From Desulfobacterales bacterium (GTDB lineage Bacteria; Desulfobacterota; Desulfobacteria; Desulfobacterales; UBA5616): a DNA stretch of 64,000 nucleotides. Under the pieces are notes generated by a model. The model made no database searches and was not told where the DNA came from. It saw only the letters and a list, made by a program, of their open reading frames with translations. Shown here piece after piece: positions 9,344-19,056 of this stretch. Location: positions 1 through 64,000 of the forward strand of contig JAWODC010000076.1 in assembly GCA_046483495.1 (NCBI GenBank). Reading direction: 5' to 3'. A program made the position numbers and the translations under genes. Positions within the stretch are counted from its first letter, which is position 1; each line of letters starts with the position of its first letter.

Positions 9344-10462
9344 ATGGCAAACGAAGTATATGTAAATCTTGCCGAACGAATGAACAAATTTGAAGGCAGG
9401 TATCCGATTGTAAACGCCTATCTAAATGTACTGAAGACCATGTGCACGGAAGAGGAAGCCGAGTTTTTATCCAGGTTTCCGGAAAAAGCCCTTACCGTCG
9501 ATGAAATAGCGAACCTGTATAAAAAAGACAAATCTGATCTGATAAAGCTTCTTGACCAAATGACCTATAAAGGTCTTTTGTTCACGGCCTACACAGAAAA
9601 AGGAGACAAGACCTATTCCGTCATTCCCATAGTACCCGGAGCTATGGAATACTATATCTTGAGAAGACTGGATAAACCCGACGAAATAAAAGCCTACCTG
9701 GATCTCTACAATCAGATGCATGTGGAGTCCAGGGAATATGTAGACAAGCTGATGGCTGAAAATCCCGAAAAAGCCAGGGCATATCTTCCTTCAAGGCCGA
9801 TCTTCCGTACCATTACTGTAGATCAGGCGATCCCGGACAAGAAAGAAGTATTGCCCTTTGAAGATATCATGGCCATGGTAGACAAACAGACCTCCTTTGC
9901 CGGAATGCTGTGCACCTGCAAAGAGGGAATCGGCCCCGCCACCACCGGCCCCTGCAAAGTGCAAGGCGTTCCCCGGCACCATTGCCTTCAGTTCGGCCAA
10001 ACCGCCGACTTTGCCGTCGAACAGAATATCGCCGACGCCAGGCGTCTAACAAAAGAGGAATGCAAAGAGATTTTAATTGCTTGCAACAAGGCCGGTCTTG
10101 TTCAAAACGTAAACAATTTTATCGACGACCTTCAATTTATCTGCAACTGCTGTTCATGCTGCTGCGGAATCGTTCAAGCAGCCAAAGCAATGGGGCCGGT
10201 TGCATCAGGAATAGTGGATGCGACGAATTTCCTCCCGGTCGTGGATCAGGAGACCTGTACCGGATGCGGAGAATGCACTGAAAAATGTCCGGTTGAAGCC
10301 ATGACGCTCGTGAACGATGTCGCCTCCGTAAACCGTGACCAATGCCTCGGCTGCGGCTTTTGCGCCACCTTATGCCCGACCGAAAGCATCACGCTCACAA
10401 GGATCGGAAACAAAGCCTATGAACTCGGCGACACAAAAGTAGGCTTCGGTTTCGGAGATTAA
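9344..10462 (+). CDS. 4Fe-4S dicluster protein with N-terminal winged-helix-like region
   Basis: CTC, ICNCCSCCC, CTGCGEC..CP and CLGCGFC..CP motifs; AAGGAGG RBS. Confidence 0.88.
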   Translation: MANEVYVNLAERMNKFEGRYPIVNAYLNVLKTMCTEEEAEFLSRFPEKALTVDEIANLYKKDKSDLIKLLDQMTYKGLLFTAYTEKGDKTYSVIPIVPGAMEYYILRRLDKPDEIKAYLDLYNQMHVESREYVDKLMAENPEKARAYLPSRPIFRTITVDQAIPDKKEVLPFEDIMAMVDKQTSFAGMLCTCKEGIGPATTGPCKVQGVPRHHCLQFGQTADFAVEQNIADARRLTKEECKEILIACNKAGLVQNVNNFIDDLQFICNCCSCCCGIVQAAKAMGPVASGIVDATNFLPVVDQETCTGCGECTEKCPVEAMTLVNDVASVNRDQCLGCGFCATLCPTESITLTRIGNKAYELGDTKVGFGFGD

Positions 10463-10510
10463 TTTCATAGAAAATCCAAGATAATCACTTTATACCATCA
10501 GAAAAAAAGG

Positions 10511-11602
10511 GGGGACGTTCTCAACATTTAAACATTTGCTACGGCATCAAACTCAGACCCTTTTCAGTAGCTATTCTTTCCCCTCTGAGAATCGATTGAC
10601 CGACCGCCGTTGAAGATATTTCAAATCTTTTTGCCAGAACGACCATCGCCATTCCACACTCCTTTACCGCCCAATAGCACAATAGGCTCCGAGCCTGCAC
10701 CGTCTCCCGGTTTTTTCCAGCCGCAAAAACATTTTCTATTGGTATATCAAAAACCTCCGATACTCGCTGGGCAATTTTTTCCAGATTATAGCCTTGCGCA
10801 CGCAGTCGGTACTTGCTCTCCATTTTCTCATTTGCCCGGCCTAAGCTCTGCTGAACGAAATCGCCATCGCCCAATATCCGCTCGTCACCCTTGATATACA
10901 CTTTCGTCTTCCGAAGATTTTTTAATGCCGACCATCCTCCCGCACTTCGAATCAAACCACCGCCGGTTAATTCCGGTCTTTTCCCGCGCGCAATCCCTTT
11001 TGCGACAAACATTCGATATTCCCGTCTCGCATCGGATCGAAGGGCCCCGAATCGTTTCAGAATATAATCCGTATCCTGCCAATCATTTTCAAAGCGCCCC
11101 AATATAACGCCGTGGCCGCAGTATTTAAATCGGCCTAACTCCTTCATATCTTCAGTCAAACGGGCTCGAAGGGGGTTGAGATGAATATACCGTACAAGTT
11201 CCAGAAGATAGGCTTCCTCCTGGCACAATATGGACTTATACCGATTTTGAAACAGGTGCCCCCAGCGCTTGTACCTCTTGTTGAAAGAGACCGCATATCC
11301 TGTCAGAAAGCGTCTCATCACAGTGCTGAGGCTTGTGGATCCTGTTTTTAAAAGCAGATGGAAATGGTTCGGAAGCAGCGCCCATGCATAGCAGGCGGTA
11401 TCCGTCTCATTCAATATAATCCCAAATCGCTCCAGGAAACGATCGCGATCCTTATCGTCGAAAAAAATCTTTCGTTGTGCGTTTCCTCTTACGATCACAT
11501 GATGTAGCGCACCAGGTGCATCTATTCGCGATTGACGTGGCATAAAAATCTCATATCAAAGAACGAGGGGATTGTAAATGTTTAAATGTTGAGAACGTCC
11601 CC
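10511..11602 (-). mobile_element. Element with perfect 27-bp terminal inverted repeats enclosing a Y1 (HUH) transposase
   Basis: GGGGACGTTCTCAACATTTAAACATTT at 10511-10537 and its exact reverse complement at 11576-11602. Confidence 0.8.
10539..11543 (-). CDS. REP-associated/IS200-like tyrosine (Y1, HUH) transposase with C-terminal DnaA_C-like HTH
   Basis: MPRQSR, HHVIVRGN, NHFHLL (HUH), GHLFQNRYKS, YIHLNP; helical C-terminal domain (QARSLLCYWA). Confidence 0.92.
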   Translation of the reverse strand: MPRQSRIDAPGALHHVIVRGNAQRKIFFDDKDRDRFLERFGIILNETDTACYAWALLPNHFHLLLKTGSTSLSTVMRRFLTGYAVSFNKRYKRWGHLFQNRYKSILCQEEAYLLELVRYIHLNPLRARLTEDMKELGRFKYCGHGVILGRFENDWQDTDYILKRFGALRSDARREYRMFVAKGIARGKRPELTGGGLIRSAGGWSALKNLRKTKVYIKGDERILGDGDFVQQSLGRANEKMESKYRLRAQGYNLEKIAQRVSEVFDIPIENVFAAGKNRETVQARSLLCYWAVKECGMAMVVLAKRFEISSTAVGQSILRGERIATEKGLSLMP

Positions 11603-11640
11603 TAATTTTTTTTTGAGCGGTGACGGACAACGTGGGCCTC

Positions 11641-12636
11641 TTAAAAGCGGTAACTCTCCCCTGCTTTAAGCACTTCTGTTTCAGAGTCGAGTTCGTTTAT
11701 CATGCGATCCAGGGCATAATCGCAGGAGTCGTGCCCTGAAAGACAGACCCTCTTGGGGCCGGAATTTTTAATGGAGGAAATGGTTTGGCTGAGGTCTTCG
11801 TCGGTAATCCGCTGCCAGGGAGGCTTGCCAGTGCCGGCCATCATTTGGAACTTGATGCCGGCACGGTTTCCCCTCCCTTCGGTAACAGGAAAGTGAAGTC
11901 CGCCACAGATGGCGTAGATGGGGTCTTTGGACAAACGCCCGACCATCTCGAGAATCACCTCAATAGTCGGATGCCCGCAACCTGTGAAGACCACCAGCCC
12001 CTTGTCTTTGACTTTAGCAAGCAGTGCCTGCTCCTCGGTGAATCCCATGATAAATAGACTTCGGGCCAAGGGACCTGTAGAAGCAATTCCGGCACTGATC
12101 AGCCGGGGTTTCTCGATCATTACAGCCTCGAATCCCTCGGCATCGGCCCTGTCCGGCAGGAAGCAGAACTTTTGTCTTGACGGCATGAGTTCATCGGGTA
12201 ATGTTACTCGGCCGGAACGCTGGGCGGCAATTCCGCCCATGTGGTCGGCATGAAGATGAGAAATGGCCAACGCATCCACCTGTTCCATATTGAAGCCGAT
12301 TTTGGCGGCATTGCGGGACAGCGCCGGTCGAGTCGGACCAAAACCCACATCGAACAGCATGGAGCCCAATTCAGTTTTGAACATATAGGAAACGCCGCTA
12401 TCGCCTGCAAATCCCTCCTTTGCATGCCAATCCACGAGCACCGTCATTTCCAAGAAATCCAACTCGGGCATATTTAGGGGCTCGGCCTGCTCGATGCGTT
12501 CGGCGTTAATTGCGGCCGCCTGGGCACGGTTCTCCTTAAAGCGGCGGTTTTTTACAAGCAGCCAGGGAAGGACAGCCGGTGAAGCGATGGTCAAAACCGG
12601 CCACCACAGGGGTGAAATGCGAAACGCCATGTTCAT
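11641..12636 (-). CDS. MBL-fold metallo-hydrolase
   Basis: LFDVG, SHLHADHMGG, TGCGHP, GGLH, GHDS. Confidence 0.88.
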   Translation of the reverse strand: MNMAFRISPLWWPVLTIASPAVLPWLLVKNRRFKENRAQAAAINAERIEQAEPLNMPELDFLEMTVLVDWHAKEGFAGDSGVSYMFKTELGSMLFDVGFGPTRPALSRNAAKIGFNMEQVDALAISHLHADHMGGIAAQRSGRVTLPDELMPSRQKFCFLPDRADAEGFEAVMIEKPRLISAGIASTGPLARSLFIMGFTEEQALLAKVKDKGLVVFTGCGHPTIEVILEMVGRLSKDPIYAICGGLHFPVTEGRGNRAGIKFQMMAGTGKPPWQRITDEDLSQTISSIKNSGPKRVCLSGHDSCDYALDRMINELDSETEVLKAGESYRF

Positions 12637-12709
12637 ACCTCCTATCTATAGTGTTTGGTACTTCCGGTCATAAAGCATTCTTTGGATGACAGTGGAGAAT
12701 GGTATATTC

Positions 12710-13126
12710 TTACGGATTCAAATAAACGCGTTTGCCTTCTATATCGATCGTTGTTTTTGAATAAGTAAGCTTCATAATGATTTCCCCATCCTTAAAATGA
12801 ATAACGTCGACGCCTCTTCGCTTTTCAGGCTTTCCTTCGCAGCCTCTCTCCCTGGAGGGCCATGTAAGAAGCCATTGATAAAGGAGTTTCTGATTTTTTT
12901 CATCAAAAAACATGTCCTCTTGGAAAAACATGAAATCACCATGATGTTCGAACCAATCCCGCCATGATTTTCTTAGATTCTCTTTTCCTTTTGCGTATCC
13001 CCCTGTCCAGTTTTCAAAAAAAACATGATCATGAAAAAAGGCCATAACGGCATCGAGATCGTGGCTGTTCCATGCCGAATTCCAATTGTTCCAAAGTTCT
13101 TCTATATCCTCTCGCGTAAGTTTCAT
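12710..13126 (-). CDS. NTF2/SnoaL-like protein
   Basis: WNSAWNSHDLDAVMAFF, GVDVIHFKDGEI. Confidence 0.85.
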   Translation of the reverse strand: MKLTREDIEELWNNWNSAWNSHDLDAVMAFFHDHVFFENWTGGYAKGKENLRKSWRDWFEHHGDFMFFQEDMFFDEKNQKLLYQWLLTWPSRERGCEGKPEKRRGVDVIHFKDGEIIMKLTYSKTTIDIEGKRVYLNP

Positions 13127-13165
13127 TTTACCCCTATTAACGGTCAACTGAATGTGAATTGTTTT

Positions 13166-15454
13166 TTATTCTCCCCTTATTGAAGCAAGCAAACGATCCG
13201 TACTTCCGGTCTTTGAACGATATGCGGATGCACCTGCGTCGATCATCTCTGCGGCTTTTTCATCCTCTTCATACATGGAAAGACCAATGATACGAATTTG
13301 AGGAAATTCGGAATGGATGATCCGTGTGGCCTCTACACCGGTCATTTTCGGCATATTCACATCCATTAAAATGACGTCGGGAACCAATTCCCGAGTCAGG
13401 TTTATTGCGGCCTGACCCTCGGAAGCTTCACCGATCACTTCGATATCGGCATACAAATCCAGCATCTTGGATAAACCTTCCCTCATAACGGCATGATCGT
13501 CCGCCAATATTAACCGGATAGTCTCGGGAACGGTAATTTTCTGTCGAATTTTCTGGATTAAACTCTTTTGTTTTTTGATGGTTTCCTGTTTCTTTTCAAT
13601 GGGTATAATCAGGCTAATGGCTGTGCCCTTATTTAGTGAACTTTTAATCTTAATGTGGCCACCGAGGTGTGACAACCGTTCTTCAATGCTGAAAAGCCCG
13701 AATTTCTGCTCGGAACCGGCCTTCCGTGCGTTTTCGGTATCGAACCCCAGGCCGCCGTCCTTGACGCATATGCTTAAGTTGCCGTTGTGATGGTCCATGA
13801 TAACGCTTGCGGAAGTTACGTCGGCATGCTTTCGAACGTTTAGCAGCAACTCCCTGACCGATTGGAACAAAAGAACAGTCACCTCTCTACGATCCAGAAT
13901 GACTTCGTCTTCGATTTCAAGGTCCACTTCCAGTCCATGGTTTTCGAACACCCATTGAGCCAGCCATTTCAATGCAGCCGAAAAATTACCGGACCTGAGG
14001 ACCGGCGGTGAAAGCCGGGACGACAGTGACCGAGACAACTCGATCGATTGATTTACAAGATCGAGAACCCGCTCGAATGCCGGCACAATATCCGCATGGA
14101 CATGTGGAATCAGGGTTTCCTGCCTGATTTTTGCACCGACCATCAGCTGTTGAAGTTCATCATGCAGCATTCGGGCGATCCGGTCCCGTTCCCGCTGTTC
14201 GGCAAGGGTCAATTCGGAGCTTAATTTGGCGAGCAGCGTTGCTCTTTGGTTCAGTTCAGCGGTTCTCTCCCGAACCTGAATCTCACATTCTTCTTTGGCT
14301 TTTTTAAGCTCCTCCTCCGCAAGCTTTCGATCCGTAATATCCTCGCAAGTACCCACTGCAAATTTTGGCCTTCCATCGATTTCTTTGATTAAGGATACGC
14401 CTAAACGCCCCCAAAATATCCGGCCGTCCTTTCTCACGTACCTTTTGTCCAGCAAATAGGCATCTCTTTTCCCTTCCACCAGTTCGTTGTAAAGCCCGGA
14501 ATCGACATCCAGATCCTCGGGATAGGTTACCTCCGAAAAGTGGATATTAACGCATTCTTCCGGCGAATAGCCAAGAAATCGGGAAAACACCTGATTTGCC
14601 ATCAATATTCTGCCGTCCAGGCTTACCAAAGCCATGCCCACTGTAGCGTTCTCAAAAATGGCACGGAAACGGTTTTCACTGTTTTTCAGCAAATCTTCCA
14701 CCCTTTTCCTGTCGGAAATGTCCATCAAGTTGCCGATTACATGCGTAATTCTATTATTTTGAACTACAGGTCTGCCAATAGTACGAATCCACAGCCGGCG
14801 CCCTTTCCCGGTGGTGAAAGGAAATTCGAGATCGTAGGGTTCTCCGTATTCGCAACAGCGCTTAAACGCATTCTCGATAATAGGGCGATCGGTCGGTGCA
14901 TAGCATTCAAGGCTCCTTTCTTTGTGTTCGGCTGAACCGCTTGTCAGGTCACCAGGCTCCAAATCATGGATGCGATATAATTCCTCCGTCCAGATCATCG
15001 TCTCATTTTCCAGGTCCCATTCCCAGCCGCCGACCTTTGTCAGTCGTTCTGTGTTTTCGAGTATCGCCTCATGTTTTTTAAAAGCGTGCTCAGCCTGCTT
15101 TCGGTGGGTAATATCTTTTGCAATCCCATACAGGTACCCATTAACGGCGGTGACACACCTCCATTCCAGCCATTTGTAAATGCCGTCCTTGCATTGATAT
15201 CGATTTTCGAATTTTTCCACCGGCATTCCGGATTTCAGTCTATTGAACTGCAATGAGGTATTTGGATGATCTTCGGGATGAATGAACTCAAAAAATGGTT
15301 TGGCAAACAACTCATCTCTGGAATAGCTCAAGGCACGTTCCCAAGCCTCGTTGAGATAAACAAAATATCCGTCTACACCAGCGATGCAGATCATATCGGG
15401 AACGAGTTCGAAAAAGGTTTTCAGTTCATCGTATGTCGGTTGAATCGGGGTCAT
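13166..15454 (-). CDS. Cytoplasmic hybrid histidine kinase: 3xPAS, HisKA_3, HATPase, REC
   Basis: PAS/PAC repeats, ERDRIARMLHDELQQ H-box, NVRKHA, DGGLGF, LADDH...LMDVNMP. Confidence 0.92.
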   Translation of the reverse strand: MTPIQPTYDELKTFFELVPDMICIAGVDGYFVYLNEAWERALSYSRDELFAKPFFEFIHPEDHPNTSLQFNRLKSGMPVEKFENRYQCKDGIYKWLEWRCVTAVNGYLYGIAKDITHRKQAEHAFKKHEAILENTERLTKVGGWEWDLENETMIWTEELYRIHDLEPGDLTSGSAEHKERSLECYAPTDRPIIENAFKRCCEYGEPYDLEFPFTTGKGRRLWIRTIGRPVVQNNRITHVIGNLMDISDRKRVEDLLKNSENRFRAIFENATVGMALVSLDGRILMANQVFSRFLGYSPEECVNIHFSEVTYPEDLDVDSGLYNELVEGKRDAYLLDKRYVRKDGRIFWGRLGVSLIKEIDGRPKFAVGTCEDITDRKLAEEELKKAKEECEIQVRERTAELNQRATLLAKLSSELTLAEQRERDRIARMLHDELQQLMVGAKIRQETLIPHVHADIVPAFERVLDLVNQSIELSRSLSSRLSPPVLRSGNFSAALKWLAQWVFENHGLEVDLEIEDEVILDRREVTVLLFQSVRELLLNVRKHADVTSASVIMDHHNGNLSICVKDGGLGFDTENARKAGSEQKFGLFSIEERLSHLGGHIKIKSSLNKGTAISLIIPIEKKQETIKKQKSLIQKIRQKITVPETIRLILADDHAVMREGLSKMLDLYADIEVIGEASEGQAAINLTRELVPDVILMDVNMPKMTGVEATRIIHSEFPQIRIIGLSMYEEDEKAAEMIDAGASAYRSKTGSTDRLLASIRGE

Positions 15455-15608
15455 GGTCCTTACCTTTGTATGGATTTTAATCTTGAGCTGAGAATGGGAA
15501 TACGAGCAGTTCAGAGCAGTCGGTAGGTCCTTCCGGGGAACTTTATAATAAAAGCCGGGGAAAAATGCAAATGCTTGGTGCTGAATTTCGTACCACGACC
15601 GGTTTTGC

Positions 15609-15636
15609 TTGACATATGAATTTTATAGTTTAAAAT
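15609..15636 (+). promoter_or_regulatory. Sigma70-like promoter candidate
   Basis: TTGACA-N16-TAAAAT in AT-rich intergenic DNA upstream of the signalling cassette. Confidence 0.4.
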
Positions 15637-15910
15637 TAATTTGTTGAAATAATATAAGCTATTATTTTTGTTTCAAAAATCAACCAGGATCGTTGGCTTT
15701 TTGAATGTAAACGGCAAAAAAACATGGAGGACATTACGTCTTACAAAATCAGTTGAGCGGATTGAACTTGACCTGAATTTGTAAGCTAAACCTCAATTTC
15801 CATTCCCTTGCTGCATTTTACCTGAAACCTGCTCTACAGTGACCTCAGACACGCCTTTCCCCAGGAATCCGGAACATGATGTTCGAAATCGTTGTTCTGT
15901 GATTTTTCAT

Positions 15911-16056
15911 TAGCGGCCATCCGGAAATGAGAAAATTCGCTTCCTTTCGAGGCGCCGGAAAATTCTAACTGAAGGAATACGCTACGTATTTCGAGGATTG
16001 ATATTTTTCGGCAGGCACAGAAATGGAGTGAATAAGCCATTTCTCGATGGGCAATC
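15911..16056 (+). repeat. Palindromic interspersed element, copy A (diverged)
   Basis: TAGCGGCCATCCGGAAATG...CATTTCTCGATGGGCAAT; core GGAATAC-N5-GTATTTCGAGGATT; aligns end to end with 36120-36266. Confidence 0.85.
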
Positions 16057-16226
16057 ATCAATCTTATTTCCCGTCGGGTTTTTCCTCGAAGGAGGTGGAC
16101 CATGAAGAACTGTTTCAAGTTGGGCATACGATAGCTCCTCGTTGGAGCCGTCTGATCCAATGAGGAGCGATTCGGTTCACATGTAATGGGTGTTGCAGTT
16201 AACATTGAAACACGAGGAGGTTCGAT

Positions 16227-16574
16227 ATGAAGCTTAGAATGTTCGGATTAATGATTGTACTGGTTTTTTGTTTCGGAATTGTGGGCGTTTATGCTGATGA
16301 GAGAATTAAAACTATAACAGCTCCAAATACGCCGAACAATAAATTAGAAATTACTATAGAAAATGGAGTTGTTGTAAAAGGGCAAGTAAATTATTCGGGT
16401 AATCGTCAGGCCTATACTCAGATCCCAGAAACAGAAGTGCAGATAAAAAGCGCCAATGAACAAGCATTGCATAGGATTACAGATATAATGGCAGAAGAAA
16501 TAGAGATTGTAACCAGCAGTCCTGGCTGCACATGGTACTACCACAGCGGTGTATGGTACAGAGTTTGTGATTAG
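16227..16574 (+). CDS. Small secreted protein with C-terminal C-x-W-Y-Y-x2-G-x-W-Y-x2-C motif
   Basis: GAGGAGG RBS; Sec-like signal peptide ending VYA; C-terminus SSPGCTWYYHSGVWYRVCD. Confidence 0.8.
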   Translation: MKLRMFGLMIVLVFCFGIVGVYADERIKTITAPNTPNNKLEITIENGVVVKGQVNYSGNRQAYTQIPETEVQIKSANEQALHRITDIMAEEIEIVTSSPGCTWYYHSGVWYRVCD

Positions 16575-16787
16575 ATTTTACAGCAAATTGCCCTGAGACC
16601 TAAAAGTCCATGGCAGGGTCAGCAACGGCCCTACCTTTTTCCTTTTTACGATTCGCTTAGATTCGACAGCATGCAGTTCTATAAAAGATTTCTTTTTGAA
16701 ATTTAAATACATGCATTTTTTAGAGCATGCAATGGTTTGAATGAAAACGTAAGGTACCAAAAAAGATTGTAGCAAAAAGGTGGACGA

Positions 16788-19043
16788 ATGCCGTCCTTGT
16801 CAAAAGCAATCGCTGCAGGGATAATGGCAGGTTTTTTAGGATTATTACTGATTCCTTTCACACTCGGACTTGAACAGGATATCGGTCTTGCGATTCTTTT
16901 CAAATTGAGAGGAGAACGAAAAGCTCCTGAAGAGGTCGTTATCGTTGCAGCGGACAAGGAATCTTCGGAACGCCTCGATCTGCCGTCCAGGCCTGAGAAC
17001 GGCTGGCCGAGGTCCCTCCATGCCCGGCTTGTCGAAAAGCTCGTTGACATGGGGGCTGCCGTCATTGTCTTCGATCTTTTTTTTGAAGGCGGCCAGATAC
17101 CGGAAGAGGAAGATAATCGTTTTGCAGCAGCAATGCAAAAAGCAGGCAATGTCGTTTTGTGCGCATGCCTCGAGCCGAAGACATTGTCTTTAGACAGCAA
17201 AAACGAAATGCAGCTTGGAAAGGTTCACATCTATAAGCATCATCGCCCTTATCCGCTTTTCGAGGAATCCGCCCTGGTTGCCGCACCCTTTCCCTTGCCC
17301 AAGGTGCCGGTAAAGGTCAGCCAATACTGGTTGATCAAGAAAGAAGTAAACAGGCCGACTCTGCCGGTTGTCGTGTTTCAGGTCCTGGCCCTGGGCATTT
17401 ATGATGACTTTATTCAATTGTTGAAAAAAGCCGCGCCATCACAGGCAAGTCAATTGCCGGAAAGTAAAAAAGAGATCATCGAAACCAAAAAAATCACGGA
17501 GCTGATCCTTATCCTGAGATCCGTTTTCAAAAATAATGCGGATATTGCGGAAAAGATGATCCTCGAATTAAACGATCCGGCAAACCGATATGCAAATGCC
17601 GCTACCCTAAAGATGATCACATCGCTTATCCGAATGTACCAGAGCGGCGACTGCCGGCATTTGAACTTTTACGGTCCGCCCGGTTCAATCCGAACCATTT
17701 CCTATCATCAATTTTTTGGTCCGCGAAATACGTTTTCAGACGGCGACAGGTCATTCGATCTCCAGGGAAAAACCGTTTTTATCGGCCTTTCGGAACGGTT
17801 TCAACCCGTCGAAAACGACTATCATCATACGGTTTTCTCGAGAGCAAATGGTATCGATTTGACCGGTGTTGAAATCGCGGCGACCGCGTTTGCCAACCTG
17901 TTGGAAGATGCCCATGTCCGCCCAATCGGTGTCGGCATGCATCTCATGGTCGTTTTTCTCTGGGGGATGGCAGTGGGCATACTATTTCTTTTATTTTCTC
18001 CGGCGATCTCCGTTTTAACAGTAGCAGCATTGAGCATCTTCTTTATAACGGCTGCGCAGAACTTGTTCAATCATTCTGCGGTATGGATTCCACTGGTCGT
18101 TCCATTGGGGTTTCAAAACGCGCTGGCGTTCCTGGGAACTTTCCTGTGGAAGCATTACGACATCAGCAGGCAAAAAAAAATTATCGGAAAGGCACTGGGG
18201 TATTATATTCCGAGTAAAGAAGTTGATCATATTCTTAAAAACAAGGCTGACATGAAAGCAAGCGGGCGGGTTGTATACGGCACCTGCATCTCCACCGATG
18301 CCGTAAAGTCGACACGGTTATCTGAAGTTATGACTCTTAAGGATTTCAATCAATTTATGAACAGGTATTATGAAATTATTTTTGAACCGGTAAAAAGGCA
18401 CGGCGGATACGTTCAGGACTATGTGGGCGACTCTATGCTGGCTGTATGGGCCGACGTACAACCGGAAAAGTGCCTCAATAACCAGGCGTGCCTCGCCGCT
18501 CTCGATATTTCAGAAATTATGAACCGGTCGAATGCGCCGGATAATGCATTCACAATTCCAACCCGGATCGGAATGAATTCAGGTTGGATGGAACTGGGAA
18601 ATATCGGTGCGCACGACCGCTATGAATATCGTGCCGTCAGCGAAGTAGTCGTAACGGCGAAACATCTTGAAGCACTGAACAAAGAGCTTGGGACGTGGCT
18701 TCTTGTGTCGGATCACGTTTTTCAGCAATTGGACGGCTATTTGGCTCGAAGAATGGGCACATTTCGTTTGCCCAAAAAAACCAAACCCGTAATCGTTTAT
18801 GAGTTGATTTGCCTGATAAAGGATTCCACAGAGCAACAGAGAAATCGCTGCACAATGTTTGAGGAAGCACTGAAAAAATTTTATGCCCGTTCCTGGGAAG
18901 AGGCAAAGAAAACCTTTTATGAATGCATGAATACCAATGCCGGAGATGGTCCTTCGTTATATTATATAGAAAAGTGCAATAATCTTGTTGAAAACCCGCC
19001 TTCTGAAGAATGGGACGGAACGATCATCATTGAATCTAAATAG
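16788..19043 (+). CDS. CHASE2-domain class III nucleotide cyclase with non-canonical active site
   Basis: N-terminal TM, CHASE2 (WPRSLHA, GVEIAATAFANLL), 3 TM, cyclase fold (STD, YVGDSM, RIGMNSG, GNIG), C-terminal TPR-like tail ending WDG. Confidence 0.9.
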   Translation: MPSLSKAIAAGIMAGFLGLLLIPFTLGLEQDIGLAILFKLRGERKAPEEVVIVAADKESSERLDLPSRPENGWPRSLHARLVEKLVDMGAAVIVFDLFFEGGQIPEEEDNRFAAAMQKAGNVVLCACLEPKTLSLDSKNEMQLGKVHIYKHHRPYPLFEESALVAAPFPLPKVPVKVSQYWLIKKEVNRPTLPVVVFQVLALGIYDDFIQLLKKAAPSQASQLPESKKEIIETKKITELILILRSVFKNNADIAEKMILELNDPANRYANAATLKMITSLIRMYQSGDCRHLNFYGPPGSIRTISYHQFFGPRNTFSDGDRSFDLQGKTVFIGLSERFQPVENDYHHTVFSRANGIDLTGVEIAATAFANLLEDAHVRPIGVGMHLMVVFLWGMAVGILFLLFSPAISVLTVAALSIFFITAAQNLFNHSAVWIPLVVPLGFQNALAFLGTFLWKHYDISRQKKIIGKALGYYIPSKEVDHILKNKADMKASGRVVYGTCISTDAVKSTRLSEVMTLKDFNQFMNRYYEIIFEPVKRHGGYVQDYVGDSMLAVWADVQPEKCLNNQACLAALDISEIMNRSNAPDNAFTIPTRIGMNSGWMELGNIGAHDRYEYRAVSEVVVTAKHLEALNKELGTWLLVSDHVFQQLDGYLARRMGTFRLPKKTKPVIVYELICLIKDSTEQQRNRCTMFEEALKKFYARSWEEAKKTFYECMNTNAGDGPSLYYIEKCNNLVENPPSEEWDGTIIIESK

Positions 19044-19056
19044 ACAGGGGGATTGA

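Noticed and set aside
15834..16205. 123-aa ORF
   Set aside because: Largely a translation of palindromic element A; no protein signature.
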